Of a stretch of 64,000 nucleotides of DNA, positions 7,468 through 16,804 are shown piece by piece. A model generated the notes under the pieces. The model searched no databases. It saw nothing but the letters and a program-made list of their open reading frames with translations, and was not told the DNA's origin. Both the position numbers and the translations under genes were made by a program. The first letter of the stretch is position 1. Every line of letters starts with the position of its first letter. Origin of the DNA: an uncultured Eubacteriales bacterium (GTDB lineage: Bacteria; Acidobacteriota; Aminicenantia; Aminicenantales; Aminicenantaceae); NCBI GenBank assembly GCA_964406575.1, contig CAYOSH010000009.1, positions 35,014 to 99,013 of the forward strand. Reading direction: 5' to 3'.

Positions 7468-9495
7468 ATGTTACCTGGCGTAAAGAAATATCCACACATA
7501 TTCAGCCCGATACAGATTGGGAAGGTGTGGGCCAAAAACCGCATCAAGTACGCCTCCACAGAAACAAACTACAATTACAACGATGGTTTTGTGTCCGAGA
7601 AAGAGCTGGCCTATATCGAGGCCCATGCCCGGGGAGGATCAGGGATCGTGACCACCCAGGGTGCGTATACGGATCCGCGCGGAGAAGGACAGGGATATGT
7701 CGGCATGATGGGGATCTGGGATGACAAGTTTATCCCCGGCCTGAAGAAAATGGCGGATGTCATTCACCAGGGGGATGCCCTGGCCTGTCTCCAGTTGATG
7801 CACTGCGGACGGGTGGGAGGCATAAATTTGGATTATACGGTTGGCCCGTCCGTGATCGGACAGAGGCTCCGGCGGTTCCGTCCTCCGCGGAAAATGAGCA
7901 TTCCCGATGTGGAGGAGTGTATCCAGGAACACATTGACGGAGCTCGTAGAGCCGTTGAGGCCGGGTATGACATCGTCGAGATCTCCGGTATCGTGGGCTA
8001 CTTGATCTCCAACTTTATATCACCCTATACGAATTGGCGGAGTGATGAGTATGGTGGAGACATTCACGGCCGGTGCGCCTTTATGAGAAAGATCGTCGAA
8101 GGAGTCCGCAAGGAAGTCGGGCCCGATATCGCCGTCGGCATTCGCCTGTGCGGGTGGGAGATGCTGGATGACCGCGGCGGTAATACTGAGGATGAGAGCA
8201 TGGAATCCCTCAAGATCGCCGAAGCCGCGGGCTGTGATTACCTCAGCGTGACCGTTGGCTGGCAGGAATCTCTCGGCTCTGTGATCTCCAGGGACATTCC
8301 CATGGGCGAATGGCTCTATGTGGCAGAGCGCACGAAAAAGGCTCTCAATATCCCGATCAGCATGGCCTACCGTCTCTTTGTGCCCGAGATTCCCGAAAAA
8401 GCGATCGCTGAAGGCAAGCTGGATATCTGGGAGATGTGCCGGCCGCAGATCGCAGACCCCGCCCTTCCCAACAAGATCATGTGGGACAAACAGGAAGACA
8501 TTATTCCCTGTATCGCTTGCCAGGTTTGTTTGGCGCGTCTCTTTCGGGATGCTCCTGTAACCTGCACGGTCCGGCCTTCATGCAGTCATGAAGGTGAACG
8601 CGAATGGGGGTATTATGGATTTCCCAGGGCTGAGGTCAAGAGAAAGATTATTGTTGCAGGGGCAGGAATCGCAGGACTCCAGGCCGCGCGGATCGCCGCT
8701 GAGAAGGGGCATGAAGTCACGGTCTATGAGAAGACAGAAAACATTGGCGGCCAGTGGTATTATGCCTCACGAAATCCCTGGGGAGAGGATTCGGACAAGT
8801 ACTGGGATGATGAGGAGTTCATGCGATGGATCAATCACATGAAGGCCCAGTGCGATAAGTTCGGAGTCAAGTTCGTTCTCAACACACCCGTCACCAAGGA
8901 ACTCCTGGAAGCGGAAAAACCGGATTCTCTCGTCATCTCCACCGGAGCTGTGCCCGAAGTCCCTGCCATTCCTGGCATGGATAAGCCGCATGTGGTGAGT
9001 ATGTTTGACGTGTTTACGGGCAAAACCAAACTGGGAAAAGATGTTGTCATTTTGGGAGGCTCAGGCGCTGCGATATCGCTCGCGCTATTCGTGATCGACA
9101 AAATGGAAAAGGACGGCCTCGAGAACCCAAACATCGCCATGATCGACCCGGCCCCCCGCTTTGGTCAGGATGTGAATCCATCCTACATATGGAGGTACAG
9201 GCTGAGGCTGAAAAAGGCAAATGTTGCGCAGTTGACCTACGGACAGGTCAAAGAGATCAAGGACGAAGGCGTTGTCGCTGACTGGATGATCTATGACAGG
9301 AAAACAAAGGAGAAAACACCGTTCAAAGATCAGGCTGTCCCGGCAGACACTGTGATTTTAGCACAACTCATTCCCAACACTGAGCTGGGTTACGGAGCTT
9401 ATAAAGGAGACGTGGCTATGATAGGCGACTGTGTTATCGTCCGGCGTGGCATCGATGCCATCCAGGACGGCTATCGCCTGGGAATGAGATTCTAG
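7468..9495 (+). CDS. OYE-family FMN oxidoreductase fused to a [4Fe-4S] site and an FAD/NAD(P) domain (2-enoate reductase / 2,4-dienoyl-CoA reductase FadH-like)
   Basis: 675 aa. It has an OYE-like N-domain (FSPIQIG...LQLMHCGR), the Cys cluster CIACQVCLARLF...CTVRPSC, and a Rossmann motif IIVAGAGIAGLQAA...VTVYEK. Confidence 0.85.
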   Translation: MLPGVKKYPHIFSPIQIGKVWAKNRIKYASTETNYNYNDGFVSEKELAYIEAHARGGSGIVTTQGAYTDPRGEGQGYVGMMGIWDDKFIPGLKKMADVIHQGDALACLQLMHCGRVGGINLDYTVGPSVIGQRLRRFRPPRKMSIPDVEECIQEHIDGARRAVEAGYDIVEISGIVGYLISNFISPYTNWRSDEYGGDIHGRCAFMRKIVEGVRKEVGPDIAVGIRLCGWEMLDDRGGNTEDESMESLKIAEAAGCDYLSVTVGWQESLGSVISRDIPMGEWLYVAERTKKALNIPISMAYRLFVPEIPEKAIAEGKLDIWEMCRPQIADPALPNKIMWDKQEDIIPCIACQVCLARLFRDAPVTCTVRPSCSHEGEREWGYYGFPRAEVKRKIIVAGAGIAGLQAARIAAEKGHEVTVYEKTENIGGQWYYASRNPWGEDSDKYWDDEEFMRWINHMKAQCDKFGVKFVLNTPVTKELLEAEKPDSLVISTGAVPEVPAIPGMDKPHVVSMFDVFTGKTKLGKDVVILGGSGAAISLALFVIDKMEKDGLENPNIAMIDPAPRFGQDVNPSYIWRYRLRLKKANVAQLTYGQVKEIKDEGVVADWMIYDRKTKEKTPFKDQAVPADTVILAQLIPNTELGYGAYKGDVAMIGDCVIVRRGIDAIQDGYRLGMRF

Positions 9496-9509
9496 TCAAG
9501 GAGAGACCA

Positions 9510-9827
9510 ATGATACACAACAGAATAGCCAGCGCAAAACCTCAAATACCGGGCACCAAGATGAGTGTTTATCCGCATTCCTGGAGCAGTCACATGGCCC
9601 TCTATCCGTGGATCGATGCCTACCGGTGCACGGGATGTGGGGCTTGTGCACGGGCCTGCCCTCCGGATATTATCGGCATGCACAAAGGAAAAGCTGTCAT
9701 CATCCTCGATTTATGTTTGCAGTGTGGAGAATGCTTCGAGGCCTGCCCTGTGGAAGGCGCCATCCTCTTCAAGCTTCCTCCGGGAGCACCGGAAGGCGGG
9801 AACATGCCTTTCATTTCGAAGATATAA
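9510..9827 (+). CDS. 2x[4Fe-4S] ferredoxin-domain protein
   Basis: Two CxxCxxCxxxCP motifs (CTGCGACARACP and CLQCGECFEACP). An AAGGAG RBS precedes the ATG at 9510. Confidence 0.8.
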   Translation: MIHNRIASAKPQIPGTKMSVYPHSWSSHMALYPWIDAYRCTGCGACARACPPDIIGMHKGKAVIILDLCLQCGECFEACPVEGAILFKLPPGAPEGGNMPFISKI

Positions 9828-10226
9828 GGAAATATTTAAGATCGCCACTGAGTGAGGCTTATAGCAATAATGAGTATCTTTAAAGATAGAATCAGAGGAA
9901 ATGGTTTCGCTCCAGTCAGATTTTTCACGCCATTCCCTCATCGTTTTCTCGGCGCTGCGGAACTGCGCACGTTTATTAACATCACAAGGGAATGCTCCTC
10001 AACTATAGTCATCCCAACATGCTTGAACATCTCCTGCTCATACAGTCCTCGCGCCCGACTTCGTCAGGTCCCCTCGAAGACCGACTTAGGAAGGCTAAAT
10101 CTTCCGATGTCGCTCAATACATTACCTCTGATGCTCTTAAATGTAGATCCCAATATCAGATGCTCATTATTGCGATGGTTTTTAAGAGATTTGATTTATT
10201 GAAAATCACATAAAGGAGGAAAGCGA

Positions 10227-10655
10227 GTGCCGGAAAAAGTCAAAACGAACTATGTAGACCATATCTGTATGGCAGTGAATGATGTGAAAAAGGCCGAAAA
10301 GGACTATATCGATGCCTTTGGCTGGGAAGTGGCCTACCGCTATGTGGACGAGCCGGAAAAGATCAGGGTCACAGGTTTTATGGTGGGGCCCACGGCCATC
10401 GAGGTCATGGAAGATATGGACGGAACAGGGGAGGTGGCAAAATTCATAAGCCGCCGTGGCGAAGGTGTCATGCTCATCAGCTATAATGTGGATAACTGTG
10501 AGAAATCGCTTGAGAAGCTGAAGAAAAACAACGTCAAACTCATCGACCAGAAGCCCCGGTTCTTTGCTGAATACAAGAGGAATTTTGCCTTCATCCATCC
10601 GGTGCCCATGCACGGGATCCTGACCGAGATCATAGACGGCAAGTACGAAAAATAG
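10227..10655 (+). CDS. VOC/glyoxalase-fold protein, methylmalonyl-CoA epimerase-like
   Basis: GTG start after AAAGGAGG. VDHICMAVNDVKKAEKDY... is typical of the epimerase N-terminus, and the mutase subunits lie immediately downstream. Confidence 0.7.
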   Translation: MPEKVKTNYVDHICMAVNDVKKAEKDYIDAFGWEVAYRYVDEPEKIRVTGFMVGPTAIEVMEDMDGTGEVAKFISRRGEGVMLISYNVDNCEKSLEKLKKNNVKLIDQKPRFFAEYKRNFAFIHPVPMHGILTEIIDGKYEK

Positions 10656-10711
10656 CGAACATGAATTATGCAGTTAAATAAAACAGGTAAATAAAAAGTG
10701 CAGGGGAGTAA

Positions 10712-11116
10712 ATGACTTCGGACAAAAAAAGGATCCGAGTTGTGATCGCAAAGCCAGGCCTCGACGGGCATGACACGGGAGCCAAGGTCGTCGCCCATGC
10801 GCTCAAAGATGCGGGTATGGAGGTAATCTATACGGGGCTTCACCGCTCTATCGAAGACATCGTCAAAACAGCCTTGGAGGAGGATGCCGACGTCATCGGC
10901 ATGTCCATCTACTCGGGCGTTCATCTTCCATTGAGCAAAAAATTGTTGGATCAGCTCTGGGACAAAGGGATTGCGGATAAACTCGTTTTGATCGGAGGGA
11001 ACATTCCTCAAAAAGATATTAAAACCTTGAGGAATTACGGAGTGTCGGGTGTTTTTCCCACGGGTGCTCGGCTGGAGGAGATCGTTAAGTTCATCAGGGA
11101 AAACGTCAAAGAGTGA
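10712..11116 (+). CDS. B12-binding small subunit of an acyl-CoA mutase (methylmalonyl-CoA mutase C-terminal-domain type)
   Basis: RVVIAKPGLDGHDTGAKVVAHALKDAGMEVIYTG contains the DxHxxG cobalamin-binding motif; 134 aa. Confidence 0.85.
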   Translation: MTSDKKRIRVVIAKPGLDGHDTGAKVVAHALKDAGMEVIYTGLHRSIEDIVKTALEEDADVIGMSIYSGVHLPLSKKLLDQLWDKGIADKLVLIGGNIPQKDIKTLRNYGVSGVFPTGARLEEIVKFIRENVKE

Positions 11117-11266
11117 CAGCAGAAAAAAGTCTGGTTGGGGCACTCAAAGGGATAATAAGGGAGTAAAAGACAGCGAAAGGAGAATACAGCGGGATCGGAG
11201 AAATGAAAAAGCAAGACGAGGTGAGAGGGTGAGAGAAAAATTGAGAGAGAATTTGGGAGTGCTATC

Positions 11267-12889
11267 GTGACGGACAAGAAGAAACCGGAAAGAGCCGGCG
11301 ATCTAAGGGATGTCACACTGGAGTCAGGCATCAAAGTCAAACCCGTTTACGGACTTGAAGACATCCAGGATATCGATCTTGAACGAGAGATCGGACAGCC
11401 CGGCCGTTTCCCCTTCACCCGTGGGATCCATCCGTTCATGTACCGCGAGCGTCCTTGGACCATGCGCCAGTATTCAGGATTCGGCACTGCCAGAGAAACG
11501 AACGAACGTTTCAAATGGCTCCTCGGACAAGGGCAGACAGCCCTTAATGTGGCGTTTGACCTTCCGACACAGATGGGGCTGGATTCCGATGATCCCATGG
11601 CCGAGGAAGAGGTAGGCCGGGTTGGGATGGCGATCGACACGCTCAAAGACCTGGAGGAGGCATTTATCGATATCCCCATCGACCGGATCTCAACGTCCCT
11701 CACTATCAACCCAGTGGCATCCGTTATGCTGGCCATGTATCTTGTGGCCGCCGAAAAACAGGGTATCCCTTGGGACCGCGTGAGAGGAACGACCCAGAAT
11801 GACATCCTCAAAGAATACATCGGGCGGGGAACGTGGATCTTTCCGGTGGCGCCTTCCATCCGGCTCATCGGGGATATGGTGGAATTTTGTTCGCAGCATG
11901 TCCCAAAGTTCAATCCCTTCAGTGTTTGCGGTTACCACATCCGGGAATCCGGAGCCACTCCTGTTCAGGAGATGGCCTATGCCTTCGAGATCGCCATCAC
12001 CTATATCGAAGAAGTACTGAGCCGTGGGCTCGACATCGACAGTTTTGCCGGACGAATCGCCTTCAACTTCGATATCCACGGGAATATCTGGGAGCAGGTG
12101 GCCAAATTCAGAGCGGGCCGCAGGCTTTGGGCAAAGATCATCAAAGAGCGTTTCGGCTCAAAGGATCCTCGCTCAATGCTCATGAGGATGATCGCCGGTG
12201 GCGGGGGTGGAGGATTGACCGTCCAGCAGCCGGAGAACAACATTGTGCGCGGGGCCTATTATGCCCTGATTTCGGCGCTATCGGGGACACAAACCATGGC
12301 CCTCTGCTCGTATGATGAAGCATACACCATCCCCTCAAAGAAATCCGCTTTGATCAGCCTGAGGACAATGCAGATCCTTGCCGATGAGATGGGACTCACA
12401 GATACGGTCGACCCTCTGGGAGGATCCTACTACATCGAATGGCTCACAAATGAGATGGAGAAAAGGATCGTTATCTGCATGAAACAGGTTGAAGAGTTCG
12501 GGGGCATGGTCAAGGCTGTGGAATCAGGCTATATTCAGAGAGAAGTGAGCCGGCAGGCTTACATTCGAGAACGAAAGATACAATCGGGAGAGATCCCGAA
12601 GATCGGAGTCAACAAGTACGTGATGGAGGAGGAGATGGCCAATGTGCAACTCCATCCCTTCAATCCAAAGGTTGCCGAAGAGCAGAAGAAAAAGCTCGAT
12701 GAAATAAAGCGAACCCGGAACACAAGCGAAGTCAGCAAATCTCTGCAGAATCTGAAAGAAGCCGCTCAGTCGAAAGACAACGTCACGCCGCATATCCTGA
12801 AGGCTGTCAAGAGTTATGCAACCCTGGGTGAGATCACCCGGATTTTTAAAGACGTTTTTGGCGAATTCAAAGAGCCCGTGGGACTATGA
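11267..12889 (+). CDS. acyl-CoA mutase large (substrate-binding) subunit, methylmalonyl-CoA mutase-like
   Basis: 540 aa with a GTG start. FPFTRGIHPFMYRERPWTMRQYSGFGTARETNERFKWLLGQGQTALNVAFDLPTQMG is the conserved MCM TIM-barrel N-terminus. The Tyr in FMY and the Arg in EYIGRGTWIFP match the carboxylate-substrate (MCM-type) positions as I recall them. Confidence 0.85.
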   Translation: MTDKKKPERAGDLRDVTLESGIKVKPVYGLEDIQDIDLEREIGQPGRFPFTRGIHPFMYRERPWTMRQYSGFGTARETNERFKWLLGQGQTALNVAFDLPTQMGLDSDDPMAEEEVGRVGMAIDTLKDLEEAFIDIPIDRISTSLTINPVASVMLAMYLVAAEKQGIPWDRVRGTTQNDILKEYIGRGTWIFPVAPSIRLIGDMVEFCSQHVPKFNPFSVCGYHIRESGATPVQEMAYAFEIAITYIEEVLSRGLDIDSFAGRIAFNFDIHGNIWEQVAKFRAGRRLWAKIIKERFGSKDPRSMLMRMIAGGGGGGLTVQQPENNIVRGAYYALISALSGTQTMALCSYDEAYTIPSKKSALISLRTMQILADEMGLTDTVDPLGGSYYIEWLTNEMEKRIVICMKQVEEFGGMVKAVESGYIQREVSRQAYIRERKIQSGEIPKIGVNKYVMEEEMANVQLHPFNPKVAEEQKKKLDEIKRTRNTSEVSKSLQNLKEAAQSKDNVTPHILKAVKSYATLGEITRIFKDVFGEFKEPVGL

Positions 12890-15000
12890 CCAAATACAGG
12901 ATCGGCATAGATGTCGGGGGGACTTTTACGGATTTCCTCCTGACTTCAGAGGACGGAAGCTCCGAGATTTATAAGGTCCTATCCACTCCCGAAGATCCCT
13001 CGATCGGCCTTATGAACGGGCTTTCGGAGATGGCCAGGGCTAAAGATGTGTCTTTGCAGAATTTTATCAAAGATATCACGACCATAGTCCATGGAACCAC
13101 AGTGACGACGAACGCGGTTTTGACGCGCAGAGGGGCCAAGACAGGCCTACTGACCACCAAAGGCCTGAGAGATGCCCTGGAGATGCGAAGGGGGATCAGA
13201 GAGGAGCAGTACAACAACCGGTACACCAATATCGAACCGCTAGTGCCCAGATATCTGCGATACCCTGTCGAAGAACGGCTCAACTACAAAGGCGACGTGC
13301 TCAAAGAGATTAAAGAGTCGGATGTGCAGGATGCAGTTCGGTTGTTCGAAAAAGAAAATGTTGAGGCCGTTGCCATATGTTTTATGAATTCCTTCGCCAA
13401 CGGCTCTCATGAGGCTGTTACCGCAAAGGTCATCACAGAAGAAATGCCCGATGCCTATCTGACAGTGTCCTCGGGATTTCTGCCAAGCATCCGGTTTTAT
13501 GACCGCATTTCCACCACTGTCTTGAATTCGTATGTCGGCCCGATTCTGAGGAGGTATCTGACAAGCCTCATCCAGAAATTAAAGGATATCGGATTCGAGG
13601 GAGTCCTTCTCATCATGCAGTCCAACGGAGGAGTGGTCTCTCCGGAAAGTGCCATTGCCAGCGCTGCTGTGACCCTGCTTTCGGGGCCTGCGGCCGGGCC
13701 CATGGCTGGCATCGAGTACACATCCATCCAGGGTTATGAGGACTGCATCACCATCGATATGGGGGGGACGAGTTTTGATGCGGCGCTGATCAAGGATAAA
13801 ACGCCCCTTGTGACCACAGAAAGTGAGATCGACCGGCTCAGGATCGCTCTTCCCATGTTGGGGATTTACACCATCGGTGCCGGCGGAGGGAGTATCGGCT
13901 GGGTCGATGAGGGAGGGCTGCTGCGCATGGGTCCCCAGAGTGCGGGCTCCAATCCAGGACCGGCCTGTTATGACCTGGGCGGAAAGATTCCGACCTGTAC
14001 GGATGCGGACCTTGTTCTTGGATATCTGGATAAGGATTTTTTTGCAGGCGGGAAAATACCGCTCAATTATGACCGTGCGGCAAACGCCATCAAAGAAAAG
14101 ATCGCCGTCCCCCTGGGGATGGACGTGATTGCGGCCGCCGCAGGGATGTACAGAGTCATAAACGTCAACATGGCTTCGGGTGTGCGTGAAGTGAGCGTCA
14201 AGCGCGGACACGATCCAAGAGAGTTTCCGCTTGTTGTGGCTGGCGGTGCAGGTCCGGTTCATGCGTGTATGATCGCTCAGGAACTTGAGATCCCGGTCAT
14301 GATCATTCCCAAAGAGTCATCCATTTTCTGCGCGGCAGGTATGCTGATGTCTGACCTCAAGCACGACTTTGTGAGAACCTACACGACCCCACTTGAGGAG
14401 ATGAATATCGAAAGATTCAGGGCCTTTTTTGATGAGATGGAGCAGGAAGCCATAGGACTTCTTCGCTCTGAGCACATCCCTGAGAGCGCGATCCAGCACA
14501 TCTACTCCCTGGATATGCGTTACGTGAAGCAGTATCACGAGGTCAATGTGGAGATTACGAGGGATGCGCTGGAAAAGGGAGATGTGGAATCCATAGGCCG
14601 AAGCTTCCATCCGGAACACAACAGGCTTTTCGGCTATTCGTTGGAAGAGGAGAAAACGCCCATCGAACTCATCAATCTGAGAGTTCTGAGTGTGGGCCGG
14701 ACTGTGAAACCCCAGTTCAAACAGGAAGAGTACGACCAGGAAGATCCAGGAAAAGCTTTGAAGAAATGGCGGCAAGCCTTCCTTCCTAACAAAAACTCCT
14801 TCACCAAAGTGCCTGTCTATGACGGGCACAAACTCAACTTTGGCAATAGAATTGAAGGGCCGGCTCTCATCGAGCAGGTCAACACGACCACGCTTGTCAC
14901 AACCGAATACAATGTCCTCTGCGACAGGTATGGCAGCTATTCCATGTACCTAAAAACCAAGGAAAACGAGATGAGGGAAAAACTGGGGATCGGAAACTGA
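12886..15000 (+). CDS. hydantoinase A / oxoprolinase A / acetone-carboxylase beta family ATPase subunit (HyuA-like)
   Basis: 704 aa. YRIGIDVGGTFTDF is the typical N-terminus. ATGA overlap with the mutase stop (12886-12889). Confidence 0.85.
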   Translation: MTKYRIGIDVGGTFTDFLLTSEDGSSEIYKVLSTPEDPSIGLMNGLSEMARAKDVSLQNFIKDITTIVHGTTVTTNAVLTRRGAKTGLLTTKGLRDALEMRRGIREEQYNNRYTNIEPLVPRYLRYPVEERLNYKGDVLKEIKESDVQDAVRLFEKENVEAVAICFMNSFANGSHEAVTAKVITEEMPDAYLTVSSGFLPSIRFYDRISTTVLNSYVGPILRRYLTSLIQKLKDIGFEGVLLIMQSNGGVVSPESAIASAAVTLLSGPAAGPMAGIEYTSIQGYEDCITIDMGGTSFDAALIKDKTPLVTTESEIDRLRIALPMLGIYTIGAGGGSIGWVDEGGLLRMGPQSAGSNPGPACYDLGGKIPTCTDADLVLGYLDKDFFAGGKIPLNYDRAANAIKEKIAVPLGMDVIAAAAGMYRVINVNMASGVREVSVKRGHDPREFPLVVAGGAGPVHACMIAQELEIPVMIIPKESSIFCAAGMLMSDLKHDFVRTYTTPLEEMNIERFRAFFDEMEQEAIGLLRSEHIPESAIQHIYSLDMRYVKQYHEVNVEITRDALEKGDVESIGRSFHPEHNRLFGYSLEEEKTPIELINLRVLSVGRTVKPQFKQEEYDQEDPGKALKKWRQAFLPNKNSFTKVPVYDGHKLNFGNRIEGPALIEQVNTTTLVTTEYNVLCDRYGSYSMYLKTKENEMREKLGIGN

Positions 15001-15001
15001 T

Positions 15002-16738
15002 ATGGGAATAGACAAAATACTGGCTTCTGTTTTTCAGCGGCGGTTCAAATCCATCACCGAAGAGATGAGCATTGTGATGACGAAGACCACGCGCTCCCCC
15101 ATCCTGTGTGAGGCCAAGGATTTTGTCACTGGACTCTATGACGGGAAAGGGAAGATGCTCGAACAGACCGAGAACCTCCCCATCCTATCGTTCTCACTCG
15201 GTCCGGTCTGTGAGTATATCGTCAATTATTTTGGCGATGAGATCTATCCGGGAGATGTCATCTTCCACAACGATGTCTTTTCCATGGGGAATCAAAATAA
15301 CGATGTGGCTGTGTACAAGCCGATATTCTACGAAGATAAAATTGTTGCCTGGGCTGCGGCAAAAGGGCATCAAGCCGATATCGGAGGAGCGGTTCCAGGA
15401 GGATACAATCCCAAGGCTACGGAAGTCTGGCAGGAGACGCTCAGGATTCCCCCTGTCAAAGTCTATGAGAAAGGAAAACTGAGAAAGGATGTCTGGGATC
15501 TTATCTTCGCCAACATCCGGTTCGATATCGTTGCGGCGGACATGCGCGCCCAGATCGGCTCCTGTGTTGTGGGAGAGCGGGGGATCTTAAAGCTACTCGT
15601 TAAATATGGACTGGATGTGTTCGAATCCCACAAGCAATATCTCTTCGATTCCACAGAAAAGATGATGCGTGCGGAGATCAAGACCATTCCCAACGGAGAA
15701 TACAGAGGAGAGTCGATCGTCTATTATGATGGCCGGACGCCCGGGTCGAAGTACACAATCAGAGTGAAGATCACAGTGGAGGCTGAAGAGATTTCCTTTG
15801 ACTACTCAGAGACAGACCCGCAAACTGATGGATTCGTTAACGGGACCTACACCTCCTCAGCCAGCGCAACTCTGCTGACATTCCTCCAAATGGTCAATCC
15901 GGATATGCCTCACAATGACGGGATGGTAAGGCCTGTGCACATCATCATCCCTGAAGGCACGATCTTGAATGCCAGGTATCCGGCGGCCACGACCTTCGGC
16001 AATCATCTTTGTCCCCCGAACGCGGATGCTATCATTCGTGCACTCTCTAAGGGTATCCCACAGAGAGTGACTGCAGGCTGGAACCAGCTCCTCTGCTATC
16101 TCACCAGCGGATTCGACACGAGAAAAAAAACAAGTTATGTGGACATTGGTTTTCTGGGGCTGAAGGGAGGGTCGGGCGCGACATCCGGTGTGGATGGATA
16201 CGACCACATCGGCATGATCGATGCCTCGGGAGGTGTGCTGGACCAGGATTATGAGATGTTCGAACAACAGACTCCGCATCTGCTGCTGAAACATGAGTAC
16301 TGGACAGATTCAGCCGGAGCAGGCCAGTGGAGGGGAGGACTGGGAGTTGAAACTCGGTTTAAGATCGGCGGGGAAAACACGAAAGTCGTAACCTTCGGAG
16401 ATGGAAATGTGGAGCCGGCATTCGGCCTCTACGGGGGAAAAAGTGCCGCTCTAAATAAGATAGAGCTCCAATACCCGGACGGGAGGGTGTATCAAACGAC
16501 AACTAAAGATCTCATTGAGGATGTGCCTGAGGGGACGCTTCTCTTTCAACAGGCCGGTGGAGGCGGCGGTTACGGTCCCCCTTATCTCAGAGATTCTGTT
16601 CTTGTTGCGAAAGAAGTGAAGAACGGAATCATCAGCATCGAACGCGCCAAAGAGGATTACAGCGTGGTCGTTAACCCAAAGACGTTTGAGCTGGATAACG
16701 AAGCCACCCGTCGGTTGCGTGCCAAAATCCAATCCTAG
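15002..16738 (+). CDS. hydantoinase B / oxoprolinase family subunit (HyuB-like)
   Basis: 578 aa. It starts 1 nt after the HyuA-like stop. The IL..F..RF..I.EEM N-terminus and overall length are typical of HyuB. Confidence 0.85.
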   Translation: MGIDKILASVFQRRFKSITEEMSIVMTKTTRSPILCEAKDFVTGLYDGKGKMLEQTENLPILSFSLGPVCEYIVNYFGDEIYPGDVIFHNDVFSMGNQNNDVAVYKPIFYEDKIVAWAAAKGHQADIGGAVPGGYNPKATEVWQETLRIPPVKVYEKGKLRKDVWDLIFANIRFDIVAADMRAQIGSCVVGERGILKLLVKYGLDVFESHKQYLFDSTEKMMRAEIKTIPNGEYRGESIVYYDGRTPGSKYTIRVKITVEAEEISFDYSETDPQTDGFVNGTYTSSASATLLTFLQMVNPDMPHNDGMVRPVHIIIPEGTILNARYPAATTFGNHLCPPNADAIIRALSKGIPQRVTAGWNQLLCYLTSGFDTRKKTSYVDIGFLGLKGGSGATSGVDGYDHIGMIDASGGVLDQDYEMFEQQTPHLLLKHEYWTDSAGAGQWRGGLGVETRFKIGGENTKVVTFGDGNVEPAFGLYGGKSAALNKIELQYPDGRVYQTTTKDLIEDVPEGTLLFQQAGGGGGYGPPYLRDSVLVAKEVKNGIISIERAKEDYSVVVNPKTFELDNEATRRLRAKIQS

Positions 16739-16804
16739 AATAAAGAATTCGGATTTCAGAATGACCTCCGCAGGATTCAAGCAGTGAACGCAAAAATAGG
16801 AGAT

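Noticed and set aside
9565-10213. Five mutually overlapping ORFs (73-116 aa) on both strands after the ferredoxin gene.
   Set aside because: There is no RBS, they are mutually exclusive, and their compositions are Cys/Arg/Ser-rich and non-protein-like. The region is reported as unexplained non-coding DNA instead.
10481-11143. Long antisense ORFs inside well-supported genes (for example 10481..11143, 13579..14262, 45141..45722, 47998..48651, 62188..62964, 22440..23018).
   Set aside because: Each is fully embedded opposite a gene with clear family motifs. This is typical of GC-rich or codon-biased coding regions, and none has an independent signature.
11035-11340. ORFs 11049..11270 (+) and 11035..11340 (-) in the spacer between the mutase subunit genes.
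   Set aside because: Both are low-complexity translations of a purine-rich tract (Arg/Glu/Lys or Ser/Leu/Phe runs), with no start context or family resemblance.
15619-15628. A GTTCGAATCC string typical of tRNA T-arms.
   Set aside because: It lies inside the hyuB-like coding frame, and no flanking acceptor, D or anticodon stems can be drawn.
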